64,000 nt of DNA from Mollicutes bacterium. Lineage in GTDB: Bacteria > Bacillota_I > Bacilli_A > Mycoplasmatales > MT37. Position 1 is the first letter of the stretch. The number at the start of each line of letters is the position of its first letter. The DNA lies in the NCBI GenBank assembly GCA_029976705.1, contig JARVCM010000011.1, forward strand, positions 2,286 through 66,285, in the 5' to 3' direction. The notes below the pieces were generated by a model. It saw only the letters and a program-made list of their open reading frames with translations. It had not been told where the DNA came from and ran no database searches. Below are positions 12,210 through 25,525 of the stretch, one piece after another. The position numbers and the translations under genes were made by a program.

Positions 12210-12851
12210 ATGAATTTTCCATGTTTAAGTATTGAAATAATAAATTCAAGTCTTAGTGAGACTTTATCTGTTTTACAAGGCGTCTCTCGTTATGTAGAAT
12301 CTATTTTTATTAAAAAAAAATTAATTGAAAAAGAAGGAATAAAAGTTATTGATTTTCTTATTGAAAGATATCCAAACAAAAAAATAATTCTCAACATTAC
12401 AGATTGAAAGAAAAAAGATGAATTTATCTTATCAATTATCAAAAAAACTAAAATTAAAAATTTTCTTATAAGCGGGGGAAATGACAATGATTTTAAAGAG
12501 TTGTGTTTGTTTTTGGAAAAAAAGAAAAAAAAACTCTTTTTTTTTGGAAATAATTTTGATTTATCACTTTTACAAGAATTAAAAATTAAAGATATTTTTT
12601 ATTACAAACCAGAAAATAAAAAAAAATTAAATTATTGAAATAATAATGATTTAAAAAATATTGAAAATTTAATTAAAAAAGAATTTTATGTTACTGTTGG
12701 AAACATTCTTGAAAAAGATATTGAAAATTTAAGCAAACAAAAAATTAGTCAATTTGTTGTTAGTGAAGAGATTTGTTATTCATTTAATCCTATTGAGACA
12801 TGTAAGTTAATTTATTCCAAAATAAAAAAATATTATCCAAAAAATAAATAA
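12210..12851 (+). CDS. hypothetical protein (possibly a degenerate HPS/OMP-decarboxylase-fold protein)
   Basis: Code-4 ORF of 213 aa extending track ORF 12153-12407. Its spacing resembles 3-hexulose-6-phosphate synthase (..YVESIFIKKKLIEKEGIKVIDFLIERYPNKKIILNITDW.. and ..VTVGNILEKDIENL..FVVSEEI), but the catalytic residues look substituted. Confidence 0.45.
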
Positions 12852-12915
12852 AAATCTTTAATTATTAGTTAATTTAGTTAAATGTTAAAATAAAAATTAA
12901 TATATGTTTTATTAT

Positions 12916-13001
12916 GCAGAAATGGTGGAATTGGTATACACGCTAGATTAAGGATCTAGTCCTGAACAGGGATGGGAGTTCAACTCTCCCTTTCTGCACC
13001 A
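12916..13001 (+). tRNA. tRNA-Leu, anticodon read as AAG
   Basis: Class II cloverleaf with acceptor GCAGAAA/TTTCTGC and a long variable arm. Anticodon arm CTAGA-TTAAGGA-TCTAG gives positions 34-36 = AAG with G37. Confidence 0.85.
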
Positions 13002-13059
13002 TCTTTATTTAAAGATGGATAATCAAAATATATAGTTTAAAATATTATTTAATAAAGTA

Positions 13060-13377
13060 ATGGAAATTCAAAAAATAAATTCTGAAAATCAATTTAATTC
13101 TTTAGTTGAAAAAAAAGTTTTTGTTTTGTTTGGAGGTGATTATTGTCCTGATTGTAAGCAATTTGATTTATTATTAAACAATATAAAAGCACATAATAAA
13201 TGAAAAGAATTAATCATTTATTATGTTGATGTTACTTTATTTCAAGAATTAGTTAGTAAAGAAGGAATTAGATCAATTCCCAATTTAAGATTTTATAAAA
13301 ACAGAACTTTTGTTTCACAATTACAAAACTATTCAGAAAAATATCTAAATGAATTTATCTCTCAATACGAAAATTAA
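13060..13377 (+). CDS. thioredoxin-fold protein (CPDC active site)
   Basis: 105 aa. Reads VFVLFGGDYCPDCKQF..IRSIPNLRFY, with the cis-Pro region conserved. Confidence 0.7.
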
Positions 13378-13515
13378 TTTTTTCAAGTATCGATCTGTTT
13401 TTTTCTTTATCTATTTAATTAATTTAATTAAATAAGCAAGAAAATATAAAACAAAAACACTCACAATTTGAAATAACTGATGTTTTTAAGATAATTAAAA
13501 ACACATTATTTAATC

Positions 13516-13521
13516 TATAAT
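13516..13521 (+). promoter_or_regulatory. candidate -10 box (TATAAT) for the tRNA cluster
   Basis: A perfect TATAAT lies 25 nt upstream of tRNA-Cys. There is no convincing -35 box. Confidence 0.3.
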
Positions 13522-13545
13522 ATTATCAAGTGGTTTGTTTTGTTT

Positions 13546-13622
13546 GGTGCTGTAGCCAAGTTGGTCAAGGCAAGGGTCTGCAAAATCCTTATGCGTTGGT
13601 TCGAATCCAATCAGCACCTCCA
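13546..13622 (+). tRNA. tRNA-Cys (GCA)
   Basis: Anticodon loop CTGCAAA. Ends cross-checked against track ORF 13530-13724, which runs through it. Confidence 0.9.
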
Positions 13623-13635
13623 GAAATAAATAATT

Positions 13636-13711
13636 GGGCCTGTGGTTTAGTTGGGAGAACGCTTGATTTGCACTCAAGAGATTGTCGGTTCGAATCCGAT
13701 CAGGTCCACCA
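13636..13711 (+). tRNA. tRNA-Ala (TGC)
   Basis: GGGCCTG acceptor with G3:U70. Anticodon arm CTTGA-TTTGCAC-TCAAG. Confidence 0.92.
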
Positions 13712-13741
13712 TGGAAATTTATAATAAAATAGTTTAAGAAG

Positions 13742-13820
13742 CGGGAAATAGCTTAGTTTGGATTAAAGCACCCGGTTTGGGACCGGGAGATCGCAGGTTC
13801 AAGTCCTGTTTTCCCGACCA
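13742..13820 (+). tRNA. tRNA-Pro (TGG)
   Basis: Acceptor CGGGAAA/TTTCCCG. Anticodon arm CCCGG-TTTGGGA-CCGGG. Confidence 0.9.
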
Positions 13821-13828
13821 TAAATTTC

Positions 13829-13906
13829 GGTAAGGTGGCTTAATCTGGTTAAAGCATTTGGTTCATATCCAAGGGATTGTGGGTTCAAATCCCACCCTTA
13901 CTACCA
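13829..13906 (+). tRNA. tRNA-Met (CAT), elongator type
   Basis: Anticodon loop TTCATAT. It lacks the three consecutive G:C pairs in the anticodon stem that mark initiator tRNAs. Confidence 0.8.
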
Positions 13907-13916
13907 TTTATTAGAT

Positions 13917-13994
13917 GGATCCTTGGCTCAGTCTGGTTAGAGCGTTCCGTTGATAACGGAGAGGTCACAGGTTCAAGTCCTGTAGGATCCACCA
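13917..13994 (+). tRNA. tRNA-Ile (GAT)
   Basis: Anticodon arm TTCCG-TTGATAA-CGGAG. The 3' end was cross-checked with track ORF 13885-14088. Confidence 0.9.
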
Positions 13995-13996
13995 TT

Positions 13997-14087
13997 GGAG
14001 ATGTACCCAAGTCCGGTTTAAGGGATCTGTCTTGAAAACAGCTAGGTGTGAAAACATGCGGGGGTTCAAATCCCTCCGTCTCCGCCA
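13997..14087 (+). tRNA. tRNA-Ser (TGA)
   Basis: Class II tRNA with a long variable arm and anticodon loop CTTGAAA. Ends cross-checked with track ORF 13885-14088. Confidence 0.9.
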
Positions 14088-14106
14088 TATCAATCTTTTT
14101 TTATAA

Positions 14107-14183
14107 GGATGCTTAGCTCAATTCGGTAGAGCACCTGGCTCTTAACCAGGTTGTTGTAGGTTCAAGTCCTACAGCGTCCACCA
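14107..14183 (+). tRNA. tRNA-Lys (CTT)
   Basis: Anticodon arm CCTGG-CTCTTAA-CCAGG and T-arm GTAGGTTCAAGTCCTAC. Confidence 0.88.
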
Positions 14184-14184
14184 A

Positions 14185-15669
14185 TTAAAAAAGAGTTTCT
14201 TGCGGAACAGTTTCAATATTATTTGCAAATTTGTTTCTTTTATTACGACCCAATAAAATAATTTGAGAGATACCAATTTGACCGAAAAACATAAGAAAAA
14301 TTGAAATTATTTTAAATAAATGTCAACCTTTTATTATTTTTTTTGGATTCAAAAGAGTTAATCCAGCATTACCTAATGCTGAAGTAGAATAAAAAACGGC
14401 ATTAAGTAAACTATTTTCTGTAAATAATAGATTTTCAATTAAAACATAAGTGCAAAAAACAAAAATAATAAAAAAAGTAATAAATACAATTTTATAAGCA
14501 AGAATAACATCAAAAAATGAAATACTTTTTTTGTTTTTAATAAGTAAATTATTTTTTGAATCATATCAACGGAAAAGAGATAAAAATAAAACGGCAAACG
14601 TTGTAACTTTAATACCACCTCCCGTAGATATCGGAGCGCAACCAACTCACATTAAAAAGATCATAAAATGTTTTGTAGCATCAGTAAAAAAAGAATCAAT
14701 GTTAACTGTTGAATAGCCAGCGGAACGAGTAGATAAAGTATTAAAAATAACGCTGAAAAAGTTATTAATATTAAATTCATTTCTTAATTTAGAACTAGAG
14801 ATTGATAATTCTAAAATAAAAACAATGATTAAGCTAAAAAATAAAATTAAAAAATAAGAATATAAAACAAATTTAGTAAAAAAAGTTATTTTTGTTTTAA
14901 TACCTTCTTTTTTTCTATTTTTGAATTTTGATCAAAATTCAAAAAAAACTGGAAAGCCTAAACCGCCTAAAATAAATTGAACTACAAAAACAAATTGTAC
15001 TAAATAATGTTTATGAAAACTTTCTAAAGAATTATATTCAATCCCATCTTTAAAAATATCAAAACCAGCATTATTAGTAGCAGAAACAGAATGAAAAGTA
15101 GCTGATCAAAGACTTTTATCTAATTGTAAATAATAATTAAGTTTATCAATTTTTACAAAATAAAAATAAAAAAACAAAATTAAAAAACCAATAATTTGAA
15201 CAGAAAAAATAAAAAAAAAACCGATCAAAATCATCTCTTTAGTATTTTGTAAACGAAAATATCCACGTTCTAAATGTTGTTCACGAGTTGAAATAATATC
15301 GTTTTTTTTATTAAAACGAAAAATAAATCCTAACATTCTAAAAAGTCAAAATTTGAAAAACAATAAACCGATTCCGCCAATTAAAATTAAAATTAAAATA
15401 AAAAATTGTCCAATAACAGTCATATTTTCTCCTAAATCATAAATTGTAAGTCCAGTGGTAGAAATTGCAGAAACGCACATATAAAATGAATTTAAAAAAT
15501 CTCAAGATTTATTTGAATCAACTCAACTTCATGGAGTCATTAAGAATAAAGTTGCAATTGAAAGTGAAAGAAAATAATAAAATAAAACTCTTGAAAAAAG
15601 ATTACGTTTTATTTTGATAAAATAAAAGTTTAAATTAGAAATTATTTTATTTGTAGAAAAATTTCTCAT
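14185..15669 (-). CDS. ktrB: K+ uptake protein, TrkH/KtrB family membrane subunit
   Basis: Code-4 ORF of 494 aa containing track ORF 15106-15336 in frame. Four selectivity-filter-like motifs (STTGL, NNAGF, RSAGY, GNAGL) and GCAPISTGGGIKV. Confidence 0.85.
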
Positions 15670-15747
15670 AATGAAACTAATTATTTTATTCTATAAAACG
15701 CAATAATTAAAAAACATAAAAAGATGTTAACATATTAACATAGCAAA

Positions 15748-16410
15748 ATGTTGAAAAAAATATTTATTTTTGGACTTGGAAAATTTGGAAATGCTTTAGC
15801 AAATAATTTGCTTGAGCAATCAGGAATTGATTTGGAGTTGATAGACAAAGAACAAAATCAAATAGATAAATTTAAAGAATATAACATTACCTTACACCCT
15901 ATTAATACTGAAAAAAAAATAGATATTGAAGAAATTGGTTTAGGTCCTAAAGACATTTGTATGGTTTTAATTGGAACAAATATTGGATCATCAGTAATCA
16001 CCGTACAAAACTTATTGGATTTAAAAATTGAAAATATTTATGTGCAAGTTATTAATTCACAACATAAAAAAATTGTGGAATCTTTAGGTATAAAAAACTT
16101 TATTGATCCTAACAAATTAGCAGCACAAAAAATTGGTTTTGAAATTGCCAAAGATTTAAAAATAATTTATTTTGAAGAACAGAATTATATTTGTAGAGTT
16201 AAAAATATCAAGATTCATGGAAAAAAAATTGATGAATTAAAACTAAGAGAAAAACACGAAATTAACCTACTTCTAATTAAAAGACCGATTAAAGAAAACA
16301 AGAGTCAATTAATTCAACCTGGACCTGAAACAACAATTGAAAAAAATGATGAACTCATTCTTTGAGTTCCAAAAGAAAAAATTGACAAAATTACTGGAAT
16401 TTTTAAATAA
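15748..16410 (+). CDS. ktrA: K+ uptake peripheral subunit KtrA/TrkA (RCK domain)
   Basis: Rossmann motif IFIFGLGKFG. The track ORF is extended through TGA 16363-16365. Divergent from ktrB. Confidence 0.8.
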
Positions 16411-16432
16411 ATTAAATTCCAAAAAAAATAAT

Positions 16433-17839
16433 TTATTTTTTTCTATGACGATCAAAATATTTTTTTATTAAATCAGTTAGCGTTTTAGGAGAAATTTTGT
16501 GTTTTTTTAATTGAACAATTTTACCAATTAAATAATTCGTTGTTTTTTGAGAATTTTTGTCAAAATTATTTTTAAGATTTTTGTCATTTTTACAAAAAGT
16601 ATCTAAAGTTTGATAAAACATTTTTATTTCTTCTGGAAGAATAATATTTTCTTGTTTTTTTAAAATTAATTTTTCTAAATTCAATTGATTTTTTCCATCT
16701 TCATATTTAAAAAAAATGTTTTTTAATGTTGTAAAATTAATTTTTTTTTGAGAAAAAGCAAACAATAATTTTTCTGCAAGATTAAAATTAAAATTTTCTA
16801 ATGTTTTTTTTGAAGTTTTTAAATAAGGAATAACAACTTCTCTTAAAAAAATATAACTTTTTAATTTTACAAAATAAGGAATAAGATAAGATTTATTTAA
16901 TAATCATTCAGCACTAACAAAATCAAGTTTATGTTCTTTAATAAATTTATCTTCTCAATTTTTTAAATTATTTAACTTAAAAAAACGCTCTTTTTTAAAA
17001 TGAGATTCAATTAAAATGGGGGCAATGTTATTTTCGGGAATAAAACAATAATCATATTTATTAAATTTAAACCTTAACATAACGAGTTTTTTTAATTTTT
17101 CATTATAATTTTTTGTAGAAGATTTTTTTATTTTAGAAATATTTTTTCACTGATAATGACTTTCTTGATCAATAGCTTTTTTGATATTTTGCAAAGAATT
17201 TAAATTTTTAATTTCAGTTCGAAAACAAAAATTTTTTCCATCTATACTAGTAGAAATGTTTAAATCTACACGTAAAGAACCTTTACTAAAATCAGCATTA
17301 CTGATTTTTGTTTTTTTAAATAAGCGAATAATTTTTTTGATAAATCTTTCTACTTGTTTATAATTATTAAAATCAGGTTCAGTTACAACTTCAATTAAAG
17401 GAATTCCTGAACGATTATAATCAACAAAAATGTTCCCTTTTTCATAAATAGATTTAGCGCTGTCTTCTTCAATGCTGATTGAAGTAATATTAATTTTTTT
17501 TCAATCTTGATTAGGTAAAAAAATTCACAAATATCCTCTTAAACCAAGCGGTTCATAAAATTGAGTAATTTGATATCCCTTTGGTAAATCAGAATAATAA
17601 TAATTTTTACGATCAAAATAAAGTCAATCATTAATCTTACAATTTAAAAGATAAGCAGCATCAAGAGATAATTCAACTGCTTTTTGATTTAATTGCGGTA
17701 AGGTTCCAGGATAACCTCAATCATAACTGTTTGTTAAAGTATTCGCTTTAAAACTAAATTGATTTCTAGCAGAAGAAAACAGTTTGGTTTTTGTTTTAAG
17801 TTGAAAATGTAATTCTAAACCTATTTTATTGATAATCAT
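16433..17839 (-). CDS. gatB: Asp/Glu-tRNA amidotransferase subunit B
   Basis: Reads [31 protein letters not shown].., with a GatB_Yqey C-terminus in track ORF 16433-16765. 468 aa, frame consistent. Confidence 0.95.
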
Positions 17840-17841
17840 TA

Positions 17842-19293
17842 TTAATTATTTATTTTATTTTTCTTAAAAATAATTATTTTTTCCAAAATTTCAGCAAAAT
17901 TTAGAAGAAAATAATCATCATTAAATCTAGTAAAAACATTAATTCCTATGGGTAAATCTTTTTTTTTAGTAAGCGGTAAATTAATTGAAGGCAATCCTAA
18001 AAAATTAGCAATAATTAAATAATCATTAATTGAAGTTACTAAAGTTTTATTATGTTTTTCTTTTAAAACTTCTTCAATAGTTGGCGCAACATCAAAAGTA
18101 GAAAGATGAATAATAAAATCAAATTTATTGAATAATTCATTAAAATAATCATTGAGATATCTTCTAAATTTCATAGCCTTCAGATAAAAGGTTTTTTGAT
18201 TTTCTTGTTGGGTAAAAAAAGAACCCAAAGTATAACGACGTTTTAATTCTTTTCTAAACGCTAAAGAACGATTAGTTTTGATCAATTCATTAAAATCTGA
18301 TTCTTGATGATTTTTGTGATTAAACCCAAAATTAATTCCTGTTAAATTTGCCTGACTACTTAACGATTCAGAAAAACTAATTATCTGATAAAAAAAAAGT
18401 AAATTAGTTGTTATTTCATCAGGCAAAGATAAATAACTAACATTAAATCCTTCATTAATTATTTTGACAACAAAATTATCGTTAAAAAAATCATTGTTTT
18501 CTTTTTTTACTGATTTAGAATGTGGTTTTAAAATTAAAATTTTATGAATTTTGGAATCAACCCTTTTGTTTAAAATTAATTTAGGATTTTTTTGGCAAAC
18601 AAAATCTTTAGAATCAAAATGAAATAATGTTTTAGAAATCATTCTTGCATCACTAATTGAATTAGAAAAAAAAGCAACAGTATCTAAAGAAGGAGAAAAG
18701 GGTAGCAAACCAAAACGCGATATTAAACCGAAAGTTGGTTTAAACCCAACAATACCTAAAAAAGACGCCGGCCTTCTTACTGAATCGCCTGTATCACTAC
18801 CTAAAGCAAAAGAAGCGACTTTTAAACTAATTGAAACCGCTGAACCACTTGAAGAACCGCCAACAATACGATTGGTATCTAAATTATTCAAAACATAACC
18901 TTCCTTTGCCTCTAATCCTGTAGCGCCCATTGCCAATTCATCCATTATTGTTTTCCCTAATAAGATTGCGCCATCGTCAGTTAATAATTTATGAACGGTT
19001 GAATCAAAATTAGGAATAAAACCTTCTAAAATTTTACTTCCTGCTGAAGTGATTTTGCCATTTACAGTAAAATTATCTTTCAAAAAAAAAGGAACACCAA
19101 AAAGCGGCTTATTTTTATATTTTTTATAAAATAAGGGGCTTTTAATTTTTTTCATTACCTCTTCAATATAAAGTTCAATGAAAAAATTATATTTTTTATT
19201 TGCGGTAATTTTTTCAAAAAGATCTTTGTAAAAACTTATTAATTTTTTTTGATTATTATTAAAAATATTAACTAAATCTTTTATTTTTTGCAT
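17842..19293 (-). CDS. gatA: Asp/Glu-tRNA amidotransferase subunit A
   Basis: Amidase signature GGSSSGSAVSI. Full-length track ORF. Confidence 0.95.
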   Translation of the reverse strand: MQKIKDLVNIFNNNQKKLISFYKDLFEKITANKKYNFFIELYIEEVMKKIKSPLFYKKYKNKPLFGVPFFLKDNFTVNGKITSAGSKILEGFIPNFDSTVHKLLTDDGAILLGKTIMDELAMGATGLEAKEGYVLNNLDTNRIVGGSSSGSAVSISLKVASFALGSDTGDSVRRPASFLGIVGFKPTFGLISRFGLLPFSPSLDTVAFFSNSISDARMISKTLFHFDSKDFVCQKNPKLILNKRVDSKIHKILILKPHSKSVKKENNDFFNDNFVVKIINEGFNVSYLSLPDEITTNLLFFYQIISFSESLSSQANLTGINFGFNHKNHQESDFNELIKTNRSLAFRKELKRRYTLGSFFTQQENQKTFYLKAMKFRRYLNDYFNELFNKFDFIIHLSTFDVAPTIEEVLKEKHNKTLVTSINDYLIIANFLGLPSINLPLTKKKDLPIGINVFTRFNDDYFLLNFAEILEKIIIFKKNKINN

Positions 19294-19592
19294 TTTTTTA
19301 CTTTTGTTTTTGATATAAAAACATATCCTCTTGAATTAACTAATTTTACATTTTGAAAAAAATCAATTTTGGATTGATTATTTTCTAAAAGATCCGATCT
19401 CAAATAATCACCTTTAATAAAAGAAGGTAAAAATAAAGGTTTAAAAGAATCAAATTTGGAATTATTTAAGTTTTTTTTTTGATATTTAATCAAAAAATTT
19501 ATCTCATAAATAAGCTCATCAATTTGATCATTATCAATTTCAAAATAATGCCTGTTTGCAAGAAAGATAATACTCTTTTTATTAATTTTCAT
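19281..19592 (-). CDS. gatC: Asp/Glu-tRNA amidotransferase subunit C
   Basis: 103 aa, upstream of and overlapping gatA, in the gatCAB order. Confidence 0.75.
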   Translation of the reverse strand: MKINKKSIIFLANRHYFEIDNDQIDELIYEINFLIKYQKKNLNNSKFDSFKPLFLPSFIKGDYLRSDLLENNQSKIDFFQNVKLVNSRGYVFISKTKVKKCKK

Positions 19593-19650
19593 AATTAAAT
19601 ATTGAAGGGGGGTTGACTCATTAATTTTATATCAAATTTTCAAAAATGTT

Positions 19651-22020
<2,370 letters not shown>

Positions 22021-22100
22021 TTTAATAATTTATTTATACATTAAATAATAATGTAAATAACCGTTATATTTTAAAATATTTTTTCATCATTTATTAATCT

Positions 22101-23144
22101 TTAAAACAAACCTGAAATTCATAAAAAAGAAGCATTAAAATTAACAAATCAATGCAGTAAAATAGGATAAATTAAATTTAAATTATAAAATCAATAAACA
22201 AAAACCAATAAAAATGACATATATAGATAAACACTTAAATAACCATTAAAAATTTTTTGTAAGGCGGAAGATAAATTATTGTTCTCAAAGTCTTGTTTGT
22301 GATAATGAGAAAAAGCAAATCAAAAAACCGAGAAAAAAATTGCTCAATTGACACGCTTACGACCAAAAATAGCAAAAAAAGTATAGCGAAAAACCAATTC
22401 TTCTCAAATCGGCGCCATAATAACCAAAGAGAAAATAAAAAACACTTTACCTGTTTGAGAACTTAATGAATAACCATGCTCATTTAGTAATTGATTGGTG
22501 GAAGATAAATTAAAATTCGGAGAAATAATTTTTGAATTTAAATAGAAATAAAATAATAAAACAAAAAATATAATAAAAATAATAAATGGCACAAAAGATA
22601 AAAATTTATCTTTGATTTTTTGCATTTTCTGAATTATTTTATTTTTATTCAAAAAACAAAAAACAAAAACAAATAATAATTTAAATCACAAATTGATAAA
22701 TTGATTAATTTTAATTAAAACAATTTGTTGATGTTCTTTGTTTGTAAAATCAAGCGCTTCAGTAAAAAGAAAAGAAAAATTTTTTCAATATCAAATATTT
22801 TTGGTATTAATTAAAAAAAAAGATATAAAAAATCAATCAAAAATAGATAAAGAAATATAAAAAACTAACGGTATTAAGGGGTTAATTAATTTTGGATAAT
22901 CACGATATAAAAACAAAATAACCAAGATATAAGATAAAAGAAAGAAAGAAAGAAGAAAGAAAAATGTTGAATAATAATTAAAAAATAAAGAAAATAAATT
23001 TCCTAATAAATAAAAATTTAAACAAAAAACAAGAAAAAATAAAATTTTTCAATCAAACATTTTTTCAACTTTGTAATAAAAATGTTTCTTTTCTTGAAAA
23101 AAATAATTTCATCGTAAAATATCTTTAACAAAAATTGTATTCAT
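22101..23144 (-). CDS. CPBP (CAAX/Abi) family intramembrane protease-like protein
   Basis: Code-4 ORF of 347 aa. I scanned every in-frame triplet and found no TAA or TAG. Motifs EELVFR, FAFSHYH and LLHWFVNF. Contains track ORF 22404-22652. The start could instead be ATG 23060. Confidence 0.6.
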
Positions 23145-23239
23145 TTTCTAAATTTTATTTATTTATTTTAATGACTCAAAAAAGTAAATGCTAATATTTT
23201 ATTAATTAAATTTTAAAAAATTATTTTCAAACATATAAC

Positions 23240-24658
<1,419 letters not shown>

Positions 24659-24664
24659 TTATTT

Positions 24665-25504
24665 TTATTCTTCTTGAGAAACCAAAAGAATTTCTTTGGT
24701 TATTTTTTCTTGCCTAAATTGATTATATTTTAACTTCAAATCTTTAATAATATCTTCAGAATTATCACTGGCATTTTCCATTGCTAATTGACGTGTTTTT
24801 TCTTCACTAGCTCGTGAATTTCAATATCAAATTAATAATAAATTTTTCAAATACAAAAAAAGAGTATTTTGATAAACAAATTGTGGATTATTTTCAATAA
24901 TAAAAGTTGATAATATTTTTGATTTATTCAATAATTGATCTGTTTCAATCGGTAATAATTGTTTTATGAGAACATTTATTGATAAACTTTTACTATATTT
25001 AGTGTAAATAACACTTATTTTTGAAAAATTTTTACTATTTTTAATTAAAAAAGCAACAAGGCTTGAAATATTTTCATTATTAAAATTTAAATTTAAATAT
25101 TTTTGCAAAATTGAAAAAGCAAAATTAGAAAAATAATTGGTCATTTTTTTACCAATTAAAATTAAAGCATCATCTTGAGAAATGTTTTTTTTAATAATCT
25201 TAAATATTTTTGTATTAAAAGAGCCACAAAGTCCTAAATCTGAACCAAAAATAATCCACAATTTCGTTTTTTTAGTTTTAATTTGTGATGATTTCACATT
25301 TTGTACAACTTCATTATTCAAAACTAAAAAATTTAATTTAGAAAAAATATCTAAAACTAACTCTTGACAATTTCCGGAATCACTTAATTGATGGAGTGCT
25401 TTTTTTAAGTTAATTGCTGCAATTAGTTTCATCACCTTTGTAATTTTATAAATTTTATTAATTGTAAATATTTTTTTTTGAATTGTTTTGATATTGTTTT
25501 TCAT
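24665..25504 (-). CDS. atpG: F1 ATP synthase gamma subunit
   Basis: Track ORF 24827-25504 is extended through two TGA codons to TAA 24665. Lies between atpA and atpD. Confidence 0.85.
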
Positions 25505-25525
25505 AATTGATAAAGAAGGTTTAAT

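Noticed and set aside
13530-14088. Track ORFs 13530-13724(+) and 13885-14088(-).
   Set aside because: They run straight through the tRNA-Cys/Ala and tRNA-Ile/Ser genes. Their relatively GC-rich open frames are a by-product of tRNA sequence.
14640-14700. An apparent pair of compensating frameshifts with an in-frame TAA inside ktrB.
   Set aside because: It arose from my own mis-transcription at a line break. Plus-strand track ORF 14531-14716 dictates the true bases, and with them the frame reads ..STVNIDSFFTDATKHFMIFLMWVGCAPISTGGGIK without interruption.
15724-15733. A perfect 10-bp palindrome ATGTTAACAT 15 nt upstream of the ktrA start, in the divergent ktrB/ktrA spacer. I considered it as a possible operator or riboswitch remnant.
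   Set aside because: The 78-nt spacer is too short for a ydaO-type c-di-AMP riboswitch. Short AT-rich palindromes are common at this base composition. No second half-site or repeat supports a regulator site.
22200-22262. An apparent frameshift splitting the CPBP protease between the FxxxH and HxxxN motifs.
   Set aside because: The start (22652 or 23144) and the stop (22101) are in the same frame. The shift disappears when the A-run spanning the line break is counted consistently, so it was a reading artefact and not a pseudogene.
22937-22952. An (AAAG)4 microsatellite inside the CPBP-like gene, considered as a possible phase-variation tract.
   Set aside because: Only four units are present, and they sit in a phenylalanine/leucine/serine-rich coding stretch (FFFLLSFFLLS), which explains the pattern. 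There is no evidence of length heterogeneity from a single sequence.
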